This document shows, one piece after another, positions 46,045-56,150 of a stretch of DNA of 64,000 nucleotides (positions are counted from its first letter, which is position 1; every line of letters begins with the position of its first letter). The position numbers and the translations under genes are program-made. Source of the DNA: an archaeon (GTDB lineage: Archaea; Nanobdellota; Nanobdellia; Woesearchaeales; GW2011-AR9); the NCBI GenBank assembly GCA_043812455.1, contig JBDRMB010000029.1, positions 8,303 through 72,302 of the forward strand, read 5' to 3'. The notes under the pieces were generated by a model, which saw only the letters and a list, made by a program, of their open reading frames with translations, did not search any database and was not told where the DNA came from.

Positions 46045-47634
46045 ATGAACATCCATTCTTATTCTCTCATTATGGGGAATGAGGATTTGAGTAAAATAAG
46101 TTCTAAATTACATCCATTAGAACGGAAAATATTACCAGTATTAAAGGAAACTATTGATTACAATAAGATTATTGAACTTTCTGAACTGCAAGAAATTGAA
46201 ATTATGCGAGCTTTGCAGTGGTTAGCTAACAAAGAGGTTATTGAACTTAAACAAGAATCTTTCAAAGTTGTAATTTTGGATCAGAATGGATTAAAATATT
46301 CAAAAGAAGGCCTTCCAGAACGAAAATTCTTAGAAGTTCTTAACGAAAAATCAGATCAAGCATTAAGTGTTGATGAGATCCAAGAAAAAACCGGTCTTTC
46401 CAAAGAAGAACTTAACGTTAGTTTAGGGCAACTTAAACGTAAAATCGCAATTGAAATTGAAAAAGGCGATAAGGGATTAAGTGCTAAGATTACACAACGA
46501 GGTAAACAATTACTAAGAGAAGCTAGTCCAGAAGAAAAATTCTTAATGCGCAAATTTCCAATTAAGCTTGAAGATATCAAAGATCTTGATAAATTAGCAT
46601 TTGATGAACTGAAAAAGAGAAAAGGCTTTGTTAAAGTTGATGATGTGAAAAAAAATGAGATTACTTTGACTAAATTAGGCGAAAAACTGTGTCAAGAAGA
46701 TTTTAGTGCTGAAGTTGTTAATCGATTGACGACAAACATGCTAAAAACTGGCAGTTGGAAAGATCAATCATTTCGTGCTTATGATGTAGAAATCAACGTG
46801 CCTAAAATTTATCCTGGGAAAGTACATTTTGTGAACCAGGCTGTAGATTATATTAAAAGTATTTGGCTAGAGATGGGCTTTCAGGAAATGAATGGTAATT
46901 ATGTTCAATCGTCATTTTGGGATCTGGACGCTTTATTTGTTCCACAAGATCATCCTGCTAGAGAAATGCAAGACACTTTTTATTTAAATGGTAAAGCTAA
47001 ATTGCCAGATTTCTGGGAAAAAGTAAAACAGGTCCACGAAAACGGTGCTGATACTAACAGTAAAGGATGGAACTACAAATTTTCTAAAGAAGAAACTGAA
47101 AAATTATTGTTGAGAACTCATACTACTGTCCTTTCAGCACAAACTATTGCTTATTTGAAAAAAGGAACTGAAGAAGAAACAAGAAAAAATCTTCCTGCCA
47201 AATTTTTTGCAGTAGGTAAAGTTTTTAGGAATGAAACTTTAGACTGGAAACATTTGTTTGAATTTTATCAAGTTGAAGGTATTGTTATTGACCCAAACGC
47301 TAATTTGAAACATTTGAAAGGTTATCTTCGTGAATTTTACAAAAAAATGGGTTATACTGATGTTAGAATGAGACCTGCACATTTCCCGTACACAGAACCA
47401 AGTGTTGAAGTTGACGTTTATCATCCTGTGAAAAAAGAATGGGTTGAACTTGGCGGAGCAGGAATATTCCGACCTGAAGTTGTCAAACCTCTGCTAGGAT
47501 TTGAATGTCCAGTACTTGCTTGGGGACAAGGGATGGGTAGAATCATTTCTGAATATTGGAAAATTACTGACATCAGAGATCTTTACAAGAACGATCTGAA
47601 ACAGTTAAGAGAAATGAAAGCGTGGTTGAAATAG
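46045..47634 (+). CDS. pheS: phenylalanine--tRNA ligase alpha subunit, archaeal/eukaryotic type
   Basis: 529 aa with an N-terminal wHTH extension. The class II motifs are FRNETLDWKHLFEFYQVEGIVI and GAGIFRPEV. Confidence 0.9.
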   Translation: MNIHSYSLIMGNEDLSKISSKLHPLERKILPVLKETIDYNKIIELSELQEIEIMRALQWLANKEVIELKQESFKVVILDQNGLKYSKEGLPERKFLEVLNEKSDQALSVDEIQEKTGLSKEELNVSLGQLKRKIAIEIEKGDKGLSAKITQRGKQLLREASPEEKFLMRKFPIKLEDIKDLDKLAFDELKKRKGFVKVDDVKKNEITLTKLGEKLCQEDFSAEVVNRLTTNMLKTGSWKDQSFRAYDVEINVPKIYPGKVHFVNQAVDYIKSIWLEMGFQEMNGNYVQSSFWDLDALFVPQDHPAREMQDTFYLNGKAKLPDFWEKVKQVHENGADTNSKGWNYKFSKEETEKLLLRTHTTVLSAQTIAYLKKGTEEETRKNLPAKFFAVGKVFRNETLDWKHLFEFYQVEGIVIDPNANLKHLKGYLREFYKKMGYTDVRMRPAHFPYTEPSVEVDVYHPVKKEWVELGGAGIFRPEVVKPLLGFECPVLAWGQGMGRIISEYWKITDIRDLYKNDLKQLREMKAWLK

Positions 47635-47689
47635 AACATAATTTATTTTTACTAAAATACATTAAAACAAACAAAAAAAAATACAAAAA

Positions 47690-48454
47690 ATGACAAAAGC
47701 AAAAGACATAGCTAAATATTTGGACGAAGAACTAAAGGTCGCAGAGATTGAAGACCATTCTAATAATGGTTTGCAAGTTCAAAATAGTGATAATACAGAG
47801 ATCAAAAAAGTAGCCTTTGCAGTTGATGCTAATGTTGAAACCTTTGAAAAAGCTGCCCAAGCGGGGTGCCAGATGCTTATAGTTCATCATGGCCTAATTT
47901 GGGATGGTATCAAATCCGTTACTGGACTAGACTATTCACGAGTCAAGTTCCTTATTGAAAATGATTTGGCATTATATGGTGTGCACCTCCCTTTAGATGC
48001 CCATCCAAAGTATGGTAATAATTCCCAATTAGCTAAATTGCTAAGTTTGAAAAATTTGAAAGAATTTGGAAAATATCATGGAACTGCAATAGGTTTTATT
48101 GGACAATTTTCAGGAACTCTAGCTGATGTTAAAAAAATCTTAGAAAATAATGATATAAACACAAAATGCTGGGAATTTGGTAAGAAGGATAACGAACAGA
48201 TTAAAACCATTGGTATAGTTTCTGGTGGTGGAATGATGTCAATTAAAGAAGCTAGCGAAATAGCTGCAGATTTATTGCTAACTGGAGATGATAGTAGTTA
48301 TAGTGCTTACTCCTGGGCAAAGGAATTGCAACTTACTGTAATCATTGGCGGACACTACAAAACTGAAGTTTGGGGAGTAAAGGCTTTGATGCCAATTATC
48401 AAAGAAAAATTTAATGTTGGCGTTGAATTTATTGATGTGCCAACTCCAATTTAA
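47690..48454 (+). CDS. Nif3-family dinuclear metal-centre protein (YqfO/GTP cyclohydrolase 1 type 2 homologue)
   Basis: LIVHHGLIWDG and GGHYKTEVWG are the characteristic metal-binding segments. Confidence 0.75.
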   Translation: MTKAKDIAKYLDEELKVAEIEDHSNNGLQVQNSDNTEIKKVAFAVDANVETFEKAAQAGCQMLIVHHGLIWDGIKSVTGLDYSRVKFLIENDLALYGVHLPLDAHPKYGNNSQLAKLLSLKNLKEFGKYHGTAIGFIGQFSGTLADVKKILENNDINTKCWEFGKKDNEQIKTIGIVSGGGMMSIKEASEIAADLLLTGDDSSYSAYSWAKELQLTVIIGGHYKTEVWGVKALMPIIKEKFNVGVEFIDVPTPI

Positions 48455-48463
48455 GATTGTAAT

Positions 48464-48499
<36 letters not shown>

Positions 48500-48539
48500 C
48501 AATCAGAAGAGGTTATGATAAATAAAAATAACAAATCAA

Positions 48540-49211
48540 TTGAGGTTTAAAAAAATGATGAATAGATTTTTTGCAACTTGGAAAAATGTTGTGTTCAACC
48601 CCATGGAAACTTTCCAACAGTTACCTAACAAAAACCAAATTAAAAATGGTTCTTGGTTTTTCATTAAAGTGCAGGTTCTTATGGCAGCAGTGCTTTTATT
48701 GTTTTTTCTAATAACCTTACCATTAAGAATGTTACCTTACGCTTTTCAAGGGGGAAGTGAAACTTTAATTGGTGGTTTTGGATTATTTGCTAGTGCTTTA
48801 ATCATGGTGATAGCTGTCCCATTTATAATATTAATATCTTGGGGATTTTTATTTGTAGGCGCAGGAATATTACATTTATTCGTTAAATTATTTGGTGGAA
48901 AAGGACCTTACCGTGAAACTTTTCAGGCAGTAGCTTATGCTTCAGCGCCAGCAGTTTTTAATGGAATACCAATAATAGGATATTTTGCTCCAATTTACAT
49001 AGTAGTATTACAAGTGATTGGTATCAATAAAAGACAAAAACTTTCTGTTGGAAGAAGTGTTGGAGTAGTATTGTTGCCGGGAGCAATTATACTTGCAATA
49101 TTAATGATATTACTGATTATAGGACTTATTTTCTTGTTCGCAACTGCAGCAGGTGGTGCAATGTTAACAGGAAATTCGGTTTTATCAGGACTTGGAGGAT
49201 TACTTAACTAA
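48540..49211 (+). CDS. Yip1-like multi-pass membrane protein
   Basis: 223 aa. The soluble N-terminus (NVVFNPMETFQQLP) is followed by 4-5 hydrophobic helices. Weak family call. Confidence 0.45.
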   Translation: MRFKKMMNRFFATWKNVVFNPMETFQQLPNKNQIKNGSWFFIKVQVLMAAVLLLFFLITLPLRMLPYAFQGGSETLIGGFGLFASALIMVIAVPFIILISWGFLFVGAGILHLFVKLFGGKGPYRETFQAVAYASAPAVFNGIPIIGYFAPIYIVVLQVIGINKRQKLSVGRSVGVVLLPGAIILAILMILLIIGLIFLFATAAGGAMLTGNSVLSGLGGLLN

Positions 49212-50870
49212 ATGCCAACCATAACTGTCAATAAAGAAGTTTTTGAAGAACTGGTCGGGAAGAAATTACCTCTTGAAGAACTGAAAGATCGAATTAGTAT
49301 GCTAGGTACCGATCTTGAAGGGATTGAAGGTAATGAAATCAAAGTAGAGATTTTTCCTAACCGGCCAGACATGCTTTCTGTGCAAGGTTTTGCCAGAGCA
49401 TTTTCTTCTTTTATTGGAGTTAATACTGGATTGAAAGAGTATAAGGTTGAAAGTTTTGGAAGTTCTTTAACTGTTAAGGATTTACCTTCACAATGGCCTT
49501 ATGCGATTGCATGTATTGTTAAAGGTTTAAATTTTGACAATGAGAAGATTAAAGAAATAATCCAAGTACAAGAGAAGCTTGGTACAACATTCACCCGAAA
49601 TAGAAAGAAAGGGGGGTTAGGATTATACCCGCTTGAAAAAATTAATTTCCCAGTAACTTTTACTAGTAAAAAACCAGAAGATATAACATTTCGACCATTA
49701 GAGTTTCCAACAGAATTAACTGCAAAACAAATCCTTTCAAAACATCCAAAAGGTAGAGAACATGGTTACATCATGGAGGGGTGGGACAAATATCCAGTTT
49801 TTATTGATTCTAAAAACAAAATTATGTCTATGCCACCTATTATCAATTCTCATGATGTTGGAAAGATTGACGAAACTACTACTGATGTTTTCATTGAAGG
49901 AACTGGTCCAGATCTAAACACGATAATGAGTTCACTCTATATTCTTACCACAACTTTAGCTGATATGGGAGGAAAAATTTATTCCTTAGAAATAATCTAT
50001 CCTGACAAAAAATTTCTATTTCCTGATTTCACTCCAGAAAAAATTGAACTTGACTTAAAGTATATTAACAAAATTTTAGGTTTGGAACTTGATGAAAAAA
50101 AGGCTTCTGAATTGCTGGCACGGATGGGTTTCGGCTATGAGAATGGAAAAGTGCAAGTTCCTGCGTACAGATCAGATATCTTACATCAAATAGATTTTGC
50201 AGAAGATATTGCAATTGCCTATGGATATGAAAATTTCGAAGAAGTTATCCCTAAAGTTGCAACTGTTGCTAGTGAAGATAAGTTTGAAAGGTTTGCGAAA
50301 AAATTGCGTGAGATTCTCATTGGAGTACGATTACTTGAAATCAAAAATTATCATTTAGTTAAGTATGAAGATCTTACAGAAAAAATGCTGGAAGGAGAAA
50401 AGTTAATTGATGATGTTATTAAACTCAAGAATTCTTTAGGTGAGCATAATACCTTACGTTATAATTTGATGGTAAGTTTGCTGAAAACTTTAACTGACAA
50501 TCAAGATAAAGAACAGCCATTAAATATATTTGAAATTGGCAGAGTATTTTCCAAAGATAAATCCACAGAAACTGGAATTTTAGAAAAAGAACATTTAGCA
50601 GTTGCTATATGTCACGAAAAAGCGGACTTCACTGAACTCAAACAAGTGCTTGAAATTCTCGGCACTGATTTAGGTGTTGAATTGATAGTTAAAGAATCTG
50701 ATGAAGATAATTTCATTTCAGGTAGAGCTGGGAAAATTATGCTTGAAGGTGAAGAAGTTGGAATCATTGGCGAAGTTCATCCACAAGTTCTTAATAATTG
50801 GAATTTGGTTGTTCCAGTAAGCCTTTTTGAAATTGATGTAGAATTGTTATTGGGTAAGATATTATTTTAA
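49212..50870 (+). CDS. pheT: phenylalanine--tRNA ligase beta subunit, archaeal type
   Basis: 552 aa, adjacent to pheS. It has a B3/B4 and B5 domain-like organisation, and the N-terminus MPTITVNKEVFEELVGKKLPLEELKDRISMLGTDLE is typical of archaeal PheT. Confidence 0.85.
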   Translation: MPTITVNKEVFEELVGKKLPLEELKDRISMLGTDLEGIEGNEIKVEIFPNRPDMLSVQGFARAFSSFIGVNTGLKEYKVESFGSSLTVKDLPSQWPYAIACIVKGLNFDNEKIKEIIQVQEKLGTTFTRNRKKGGLGLYPLEKINFPVTFTSKKPEDITFRPLEFPTELTAKQILSKHPKGREHGYIMEGWDKYPVFIDSKNKIMSMPPIINSHDVGKIDETTTDVFIEGTGPDLNTIMSSLYILTTTLADMGGKIYSLEIIYPDKKFLFPDFTPEKIELDLKYINKILGLELDEKKASELLARMGFGYENGKVQVPAYRSDILHQIDFAEDIAIAYGYENFEEVIPKVATVASEDKFERFAKKLREILIGVRLLEIKNYHLVKYEDLTEKMLEGEKLIDDVIKLKNSLGEHNTLRYNLMVSLLKTLTDNQDKEQPLNIFEIGRVFSKDKSTETGILEKEHLAVAICHEKADFTELKQVLEILGTDLGVELIVKESDEDNFISGRAGKIMLEGEEVGIIGEVHPQVLNNWNLVVPVSLFEIDVELLLGKILF

Positions 50871-50911
50871 ATTATTCTTATTAAATTTAACATTCTCGGA
50901 ACAATAAAACC

Positions 50912-52351
50912 TTAGCGATTATAACATTGTTTAAACTTGAAACGCAAGTCTATAGAATCACCGGCTTCAATAGAAAAAGTTTTTTCCTGAGCAGGCACAT
51001 CTAAAGAACTGGTTTTATCTTTCGCAAGACAAGTAAATGGACTTAATTCAAGTTTATATTCACCTTCAGACAGATTTAATCTTCCAGATCCATTATTAAT
51101 ATTGAATCTGTCTATTCTTCTATAATCATTACCTATTTTTTCATATAATGATGCTTTTACTGAAGGAATATTCCCATAAGCACTCTGAACATAAATTATT
51201 GCCGCACCGCCAAGATCAACAATAAAATCTTCCTCTACAGAAGTGCTTAAGCTAGGAAACTCTGAATTAGTTACCTCGCCTTTAAACTGACAATTTGTTC
51301 TTTCAGAATTAACTCCAATACCTCGACTAATTTGCCCAAAATAAGAACTGTTTGATCTGCTAGTTGATACATTCCTCCATTGAGTATCGGGTTCACAGAG
51401 ATAAGAAACATTGACGTTAGGTGTACCTCTTTCCTGGTAAGTATCAACACTAAAAGAAAAAGACAAATCGGGAAACAAAAATCTTTCCGTAAATCTTGCA
51501 CCACCATGACCTTCTATCTGATAATCTGTTAAAAAACTTGTTTCTCCTCTTGAACATTTGCTAGTTGTACCTTTACAAATTTTGAGCCCTTTAATTTTCA
51601 AATCATTGTAAACAAAAGATCCGCTTTCTTCCACTAGCTCTCCTTTAGTATCTTCAAGTTCAATTCTTAATGTATACTTACCTAAGTCCAAACCGCCAAG
51701 ATCAATCTCATCACTAAATAAAAACTTTCCAGAAGAACCTTTTTGCTCAGAAAGTTCTTTTTCTAAATTAATTTCCCCTGAACGAACCACTTCCCCATCA
51801 CTGCTTAACAATTGATAATTTCCATTAATCTTAATCTCTCTTCTTTCATAATTTTGGTATCCTAAGACCGCAGAAAAAGAAACCGTTTTTTGAGCTCCTC
51901 TCAAAAATAAATCTGATAGTTCTAAACAAGAATCATTAATAACCTCACTACAAAACATTATATTTTTAATATTTATACTTTCATTATCTAAAGCTTGCCT
52001 GCTAACAATTTCCTGACCTTGCTTAATCCATCCTAATTGCCCATTGTAATTAGCTAACTGCCAACTGCTTCTCACGTCACCAGAACAAAGTTCAAACCAA
52101 GTATTTTGAGGAATTTTTGATAATTCAGTACTTTCATCCCTGTCTTCATAAACTAATATCCCTTCTTCTTCAAGTACTAAATGCTCCAAAGCATTACTAC
52201 AATCTAACGGTCTAACTTCTTCCAATTGCTTTTCAGCATCTTCAATAATTTCTATCTGTCTGATATCAGCTTCTTTATTACAGCCAGAAGATAAAGCTAA
52301 CACTCCTAAAAAAGAAACTATAGTTGCTAATCTTCGGAAAACCATAATCAT
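50912..52351 (-). CDS. secreted lipoprotein, paralogue of 12525..13556 (lipobox ALSSGC)
   Basis: The N-terminus is MIMVFRRLATIVSFLGVLALSSGCNKEADIRQIEIIEDAEKQLEEVRPLDCSN. The family beta-sandwich-like module is IMFCSEVINDSC...NYQLLSSDGEVV...GKYTLRIELEDTKGE. Confidence 0.55.
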   Translation of the reverse strand: MIMVFRRLATIVSFLGVLALSSGCNKEADIRQIEIIEDAEKQLEEVRPLDCSNALEHLVLEEEGILVYEDRDESTELSKIPQNTWFELCSGDVRSSWQLANYNGQLGWIKQGQEIVSRQALDNESINIKNIMFCSEVINDSCLELSDLFLRGAQKTVSFSAVLGYQNYERREIKINGNYQLLSSDGEVVRSGEINLEKELSEQKGSSGKFLFSDEIDLGGLDLGKYTLRIELEDTKGELVEESGSFVYNDLKIKGLKICKGTTSKCSRGETSFLTDYQIEGHGGARFTERFLFPDLSFSFSVDTYQERGTPNVNVSYLCEPDTQWRNVSTSRSNSSYFGQISRGIGVNSERTNCQFKGEVTNSEFPSLSTSVEEDFIVDLGGAAIIYVQSAYGNIPSVKASLYEKIGNDYRRIDRFNINNGSGRLNLSEGEYKLELSPFTCLAKDKTSSLDVPAQEKTFSIEAGDSIDLRFKFKQCYNR

Positions 52352-52451
52352 CTTAATAATATAAATAATATTTAAAGGTTTCCTAAAGTTAGTACTAAAT
52401 AGAAGTAAAAATACAAAATCTTTTTAAATTACAAGCATTATTGAGTTATTA

Positions 52452-53972
52452 ATGGAATCAGACTTAATGATCACTAAGGATTTGCTATTTGAGCAAGGTT
52501 TAATTGAAAGCTTAGAACCTGAAAGAATCTATTGTCTTAATGAAACAGACGTTTTTCCATTCTCAGATTATTATGGTGCTCTGATCTTAGCAGAAAGATT
52601 GGTTCAGCTGGAGCAAGGCACTGGAAGTGACTATAAGAATGAAGTTTTGGAAAAGTTAGCTCAAAATGTTAAAGTACCTAACTTTCATACATCCAACGGT
52701 AATTTACAAGACAGGATTCTAAAGCTGATACATGATGCTAATCGGCCAAAAGAATTAAATCAAGGGTCATTGACAAAAAAAGTTGCAGGTATGTTTGGAA
52801 ATTCTGGCCGTCAGGAGGAAACTTATTCGCCGAATACCAGCAGTTTGACTGTAAAAAATTTACTTTTTGACTTAGAACTGATTAAAAGTCTTGATCCAGC
52901 CAATATTAAATTTTTAGGTGATTCTGAGATCTTTCAATTCTCAGACTATTACGGTGCTTTAGTTCTTGCTGAAGAATTCCTCAGGATACAGGACATTTAT
53001 AGGCAAAGAAACAAGGCAAATGCTGGTCTCTTTGAGATACAAAAGGCAAAAGTTGTAAAACGTTTAACAAAAAATATGAGTGTTCCACAGCTTAATACAA
53101 CTAATGGCAATCTGCAGGAAAGAATCATGTTCTTAATCAATAACGCAAATAATCCAAACATACTTAACCAAAAACTGCAGATTGCAGGACAGAGTCCAAA
53201 GAATGCTGATAATCTTACAGAATTAACTGAAAGTTACAAACCAGGTTTTAAATTCAAACTGCCAGAATTTGATCTTTCAGGAATAAACACTCGTGCTGTT
53301 GTTGGTGTGGGTTTAGTTGCTTTAGCTGGAGTTCTGACATTAGGTACAGTTGTAGGAGTATCTCCACGGTTAAGGAATGGTTTAGGTCTGCCAATTAGTG
53401 ATAGTGAAAAAGTTAGAATTCTTTTAGATGAAGGTAATCTTGACAAAGCATATGAGTTAGCAGAAAACATGGAAGGACCAAAAGGAGCTTACTTATCAAC
53501 ACAAGTTTATTTTGCAAATTTCGATGATCTTTTATCTCACATTAGAGCTTCTGAAGTTCATAGCATGACTCCACGTCTTGATGTGCTTATGGGAAGACTG
53601 GAAGGCAGCAGATATGAAACTCAAGTAATGGAAAATCTAGTTCAACATGGGTTTGTTAAGTATAAATCTAACATTTTTGCTCAGGATGATTATTCAACAA
53701 GAACAAGTGCAGCAGTTTCACATCTAACCTCAATTTTAAGTGCCAATAGCGAAGAACAAAAAGGCTTAGAACCTGAAGAAAGAATTATTAGGTTAAATTT
53801 GCAAGAACATTCCATTTTAATGTTCAGAGAGACTGGTAACAAGGTAAGTTTTACCGCTTATGAGAATGGTCCAAGAACTCGTGCGACTGAAGATTATGTT
53901 TTAACATTTACATTAGAAGAAAATAATGGAAAATACCAAGTTACAGAAATTGTAACTCAACAGATAAAATGA
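52452..53972 (+). CDS. membrane protein with internally duplicated about 140-aa N-terminal domain, one TM, extracellular C-terminal domain
   Basis: Repeat 1 is LLFEQGLIESLEPERIYCLNETDVFPFSDYYGALILAE...VPNFHTSNGNLQDRILKLIHDANRP. Repeat 2 is LLFDLELIKSLDPANIKFLGDSEIFQFSDYYGALVLAE...VPQLNTTNGNLQERIMFLINNANNP. The TM is AVVGVGLVALAGVLTLGTVVGV. Confidence 0.45.
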   Translation: MESDLMITKDLLFEQGLIESLEPERIYCLNETDVFPFSDYYGALILAERLVQLEQGTGSDYKNEVLEKLAQNVKVPNFHTSNGNLQDRILKLIHDANRPKELNQGSLTKKVAGMFGNSGRQEETYSPNTSSLTVKNLLFDLELIKSLDPANIKFLGDSEIFQFSDYYGALVLAEEFLRIQDIYRQRNKANAGLFEIQKAKVVKRLTKNMSVPQLNTTNGNLQERIMFLINNANNPNILNQKLQIAGQSPKNADNLTELTESYKPGFKFKLPEFDLSGINTRAVVGVGLVALAGVLTLGTVVGVSPRLRNGLGLPISDSEKVRILLDEGNLDKAYELAENMEGPKGAYLSTQVYFANFDDLLSHIRASEVHSMTPRLDVLMGRLEGSRYETQVMENLVQHGFVKYKSNIFAQDDYSTRTSAAVSHLTSILSANSEEQKGLEPEERIIRLNLQEHSILMFRETGNKVSFTAYENGPRTRATEDYVLTFTLEENNGKYQVTEIVTQQIK

Positions 53973-54688
53973 CATTAGACCAAGAACTGGAACTGGCAAG
54001 AAGCAAAGAGCTTGAGCTGTTAGGAAAAGGAAAACAGCAAGGTGTAAGCTTTAGTTCAGGTACTGCTCTGCTTAACAAACGAAATTTTATACGCGCAGGA
54101 GCAGGTCTGGGAATATTGCTGGCTGCCATTCTAGGAATAAAAACTTGCACCTGTGTTTGCTCAAGCACAGTTAATGGTGTTAGTGAAGTTATCAGTAAAA
54201 AAAATAAGTATGTTCCAAAAGGTTTTGAAGGAGTACATTTAGGAATGAGTTATGAAGAGTTGCAAGAAGTTAGACCATTTGTAAAAACTGGTGATGAAAT
54301 TAGTGAAGCTTATGAGATGGTTAAAGATAATGATGACTTTACTGGAACAGATTTTAACAATTACAGAACATTCTTTGGTTATGAACCTGAACTTCCTAAT
54401 AAAAGTGATATAATGGATTTAACTGTGACTTATCGCTTTTATGATAATGAACTTCAAGAAATCACTTTTACTGCAACAGGTTGGAAAGGTTCTAATGATT
54501 TAAGAGGAGATCTTTGCCCAGGAGCTTATGGGAAATTAGAAACTCTAGCTACAGGTAAAGAACATAGTTATGATGCTTTAAGGGAAATTGAAACAGAACA
54601 AACTTGGTCAGCAGGTGATATTAATATTAGTTTTGCATGTCTTGACGGCAGATTTGAGATTATGAAGTATAGTTTGACTGGGAGATAA
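53969..54688 (+). CDS. hypothetical membrane-anchored protein
   Basis: 239 aa. The TM is FIRAGAGLGILLAAILGI. ATGA overlaps the upstream gene. Confidence 0.4.
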   Translation: MTLDQELELARSKELELLGKGKQQGVSFSSGTALLNKRNFIRAGAGLGILLAAILGIKTCTCVCSSTVNGVSEVISKKNKYVPKGFEGVHLGMSYEELQEVRPFVKTGDEISEAYEMVKDNDDFTGTDFNNYRTFFGYEPELPNKSDIMDLTVTYRFYDNELQEITFTATGWKGSNDLRGDLCPGAYGKLETLATGKEHSYDALREIETEQTWSAGDINISFACLDGRFEIMKYSLTGR

Positions 54689-54703
54689 TGTCGAGTTAAC
54701 TTA

Positions 54704-55408
54704 TCATTCTCCACCCAGATATACTTTCTTTATTTTTTTGTTATGAATAATCTCTTTCCCACCAACTAAAGCAATCTTGCCATCTTCCAACAAATAAGTT
54801 CTGTCAGCCATCTCAATAGCTTTCTTGGCGTTTTGTTCAACAATCAGAATTGCAAGACCTTCATCCCTCAACTTTTCAATAATGGCAAAAATTTCTTGCT
54901 GTAATTTCGGACTCAATCCTAAAGAAGGTTCATCCATCAACAATAATCTTGGCTTTTGCATTAAAGATCTGCCAATCGCTAACATTTGTCGTTGCCCGCC
55001 ACTTAGCGCAAACGCTTGCTGTTTTCTTCGCTCTTTCAAGATTGGAAATTTTTGATAAACTTCTTCCAACCTTTGCTTGATGATATCTGAATTTCTAATG
55101 TGATTACAAGCAATTTCTAAATTTTCCTGAACAGTTAAGTGGTCAAACACAATTCTTCCTTGTGGCATATAACTTACTCTTCTAGAAAGGAGTTGATGAG
55201 TTTTTAATTTTGAGATGTTTTTGTTATTGAAAACTATTGCACCAGAATACTGGTCAGCTATACTGTACACAGATTTGATAACTGTACTCTTTCCAGCACC
55301 GTTCGGTCCGATTAAAGCGACAACTTCATTTTCATTTACTTCTAGGTCCACTCCTTTCAGTATCTTAAGTTCCCCGTACCCAGCACGTAAATCTTTTATT
55401 TTTAACAT
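54704..55408 (-). CDS. livF: branched-chain amino acid ABC transporter ATP-binding protein (LivF-like); start trimmed to Met 55408
   Basis: Walker A GPNGAGKST, the ABC signature LSGGQRQMLAIGRSL, and Walker B LLLMDEPS. Confidence 0.8.
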   Translation of the reverse strand: MLKIKDLRAGYGELKILKGVDLEVNENEVVALIGPNGAGKSTVIKSVYSIADQYSGAIVFNNKNISKLKTHQLLSRRVSYMPQGRIVFDHLTVQENLEIACNHIRNSDIIKQRLEEVYQKFPILKERRKQQAFALSGGQRQMLAIGRSLMQKPRLLLMDEPSLGLSPKLQQEIFAIIEKLRDEGLAILIVEQNAKKAIEMADRTYLLEDGKIALVGGKEIIHNKKIKKVYLGGE

Positions 55409-55415
55409 TTTAATC

Positions 55416-56150
55416 TCACCCTCCCAGATACGCCTCAAGAACCTTTTTGTCATTCTGCACTTCCTTAGGCTTGCCGTGTGCAATAACCTTCCCAGCGTCA
55501 AGAACAAAAACATAATCCGCAATGTCCATCACAAAATTCATATCGTGCTCAATAAGAATTACGGTTTCGCCTTGACCTTTCAAATTTCTCAAAATCTCTT
55601 TGATCTTAACTCTTAATTTCGGATTAACCCCAGCAACAGGTTCATCAAGCATCAACAGGTAATGTGGTTTAGCAATCGCAACTGCAAGATCAAGTAATTT
55701 CCGTTGACCGTAACTTAAATCATTAGCATAAGTTTCAAGAGGTTTGTTCAACCCCACTAACTCAAGAACTTTTTTGATCTTATCAATACTATTACGTTTC
55801 TGGTTCAGGATACTCCACAACATACTTTCATCTTTCTTAGAGAAAGTTATTCCCAAATGATCTTGAATCGTTAAATTTTTGAATAGTCTAACTTCCTGGA
55901 AAGTTCTTGAAACTCCAGCTTTAGCAATCTTATAATCTTCAAGTTTAGTAAGATCTCTTTTACCTAAAGTTATTTTCCCAGTATCAGGTTTGATCAATTT
56001 TGAAATCACATTGAATAGAGTTGTCTTTCCAGAACCATTCGGACCAATGATAGCTGTAATTTCTCCTTGCTCAACGGTTAGCTGACAATTATCTAATGCT
56101 TTCACACCGCCAAAATTTTTACTGATTCCTCGGATTTCTAACAGACTCAT
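55416..56150 (-). CDS. livG: branched-chain amino acid ABC transporter ATP-binding protein (LivG-like)
   Basis: Walker A GPNGSGKTT, the signature LSYGQRKLLDLAVAI, and Walker B LLMLDEPVAG. Confidence 0.85.
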   Translation of the reverse strand: MSLLEIRGISKNFGGVKALDNCQLTVEQGEITAIIGPNGSGKTTLFNVISKLIKPDTGKITLGKRDLTKLEDYKIAKAGVSRTFQEVRLFKNLTIQDHLGITFSKKDESMLWSILNQKRNSIDKIKKVLELVGLNKPLETYANDLSYGQRKLLDLAVAIAKPHYLLMLDEPVAGVNPKLRVKIKEILRNLKGQGETVILIEHDMNFVMDIADYVFVLDAGKVIAHGKPKEVQNDKKVLEAYLGG

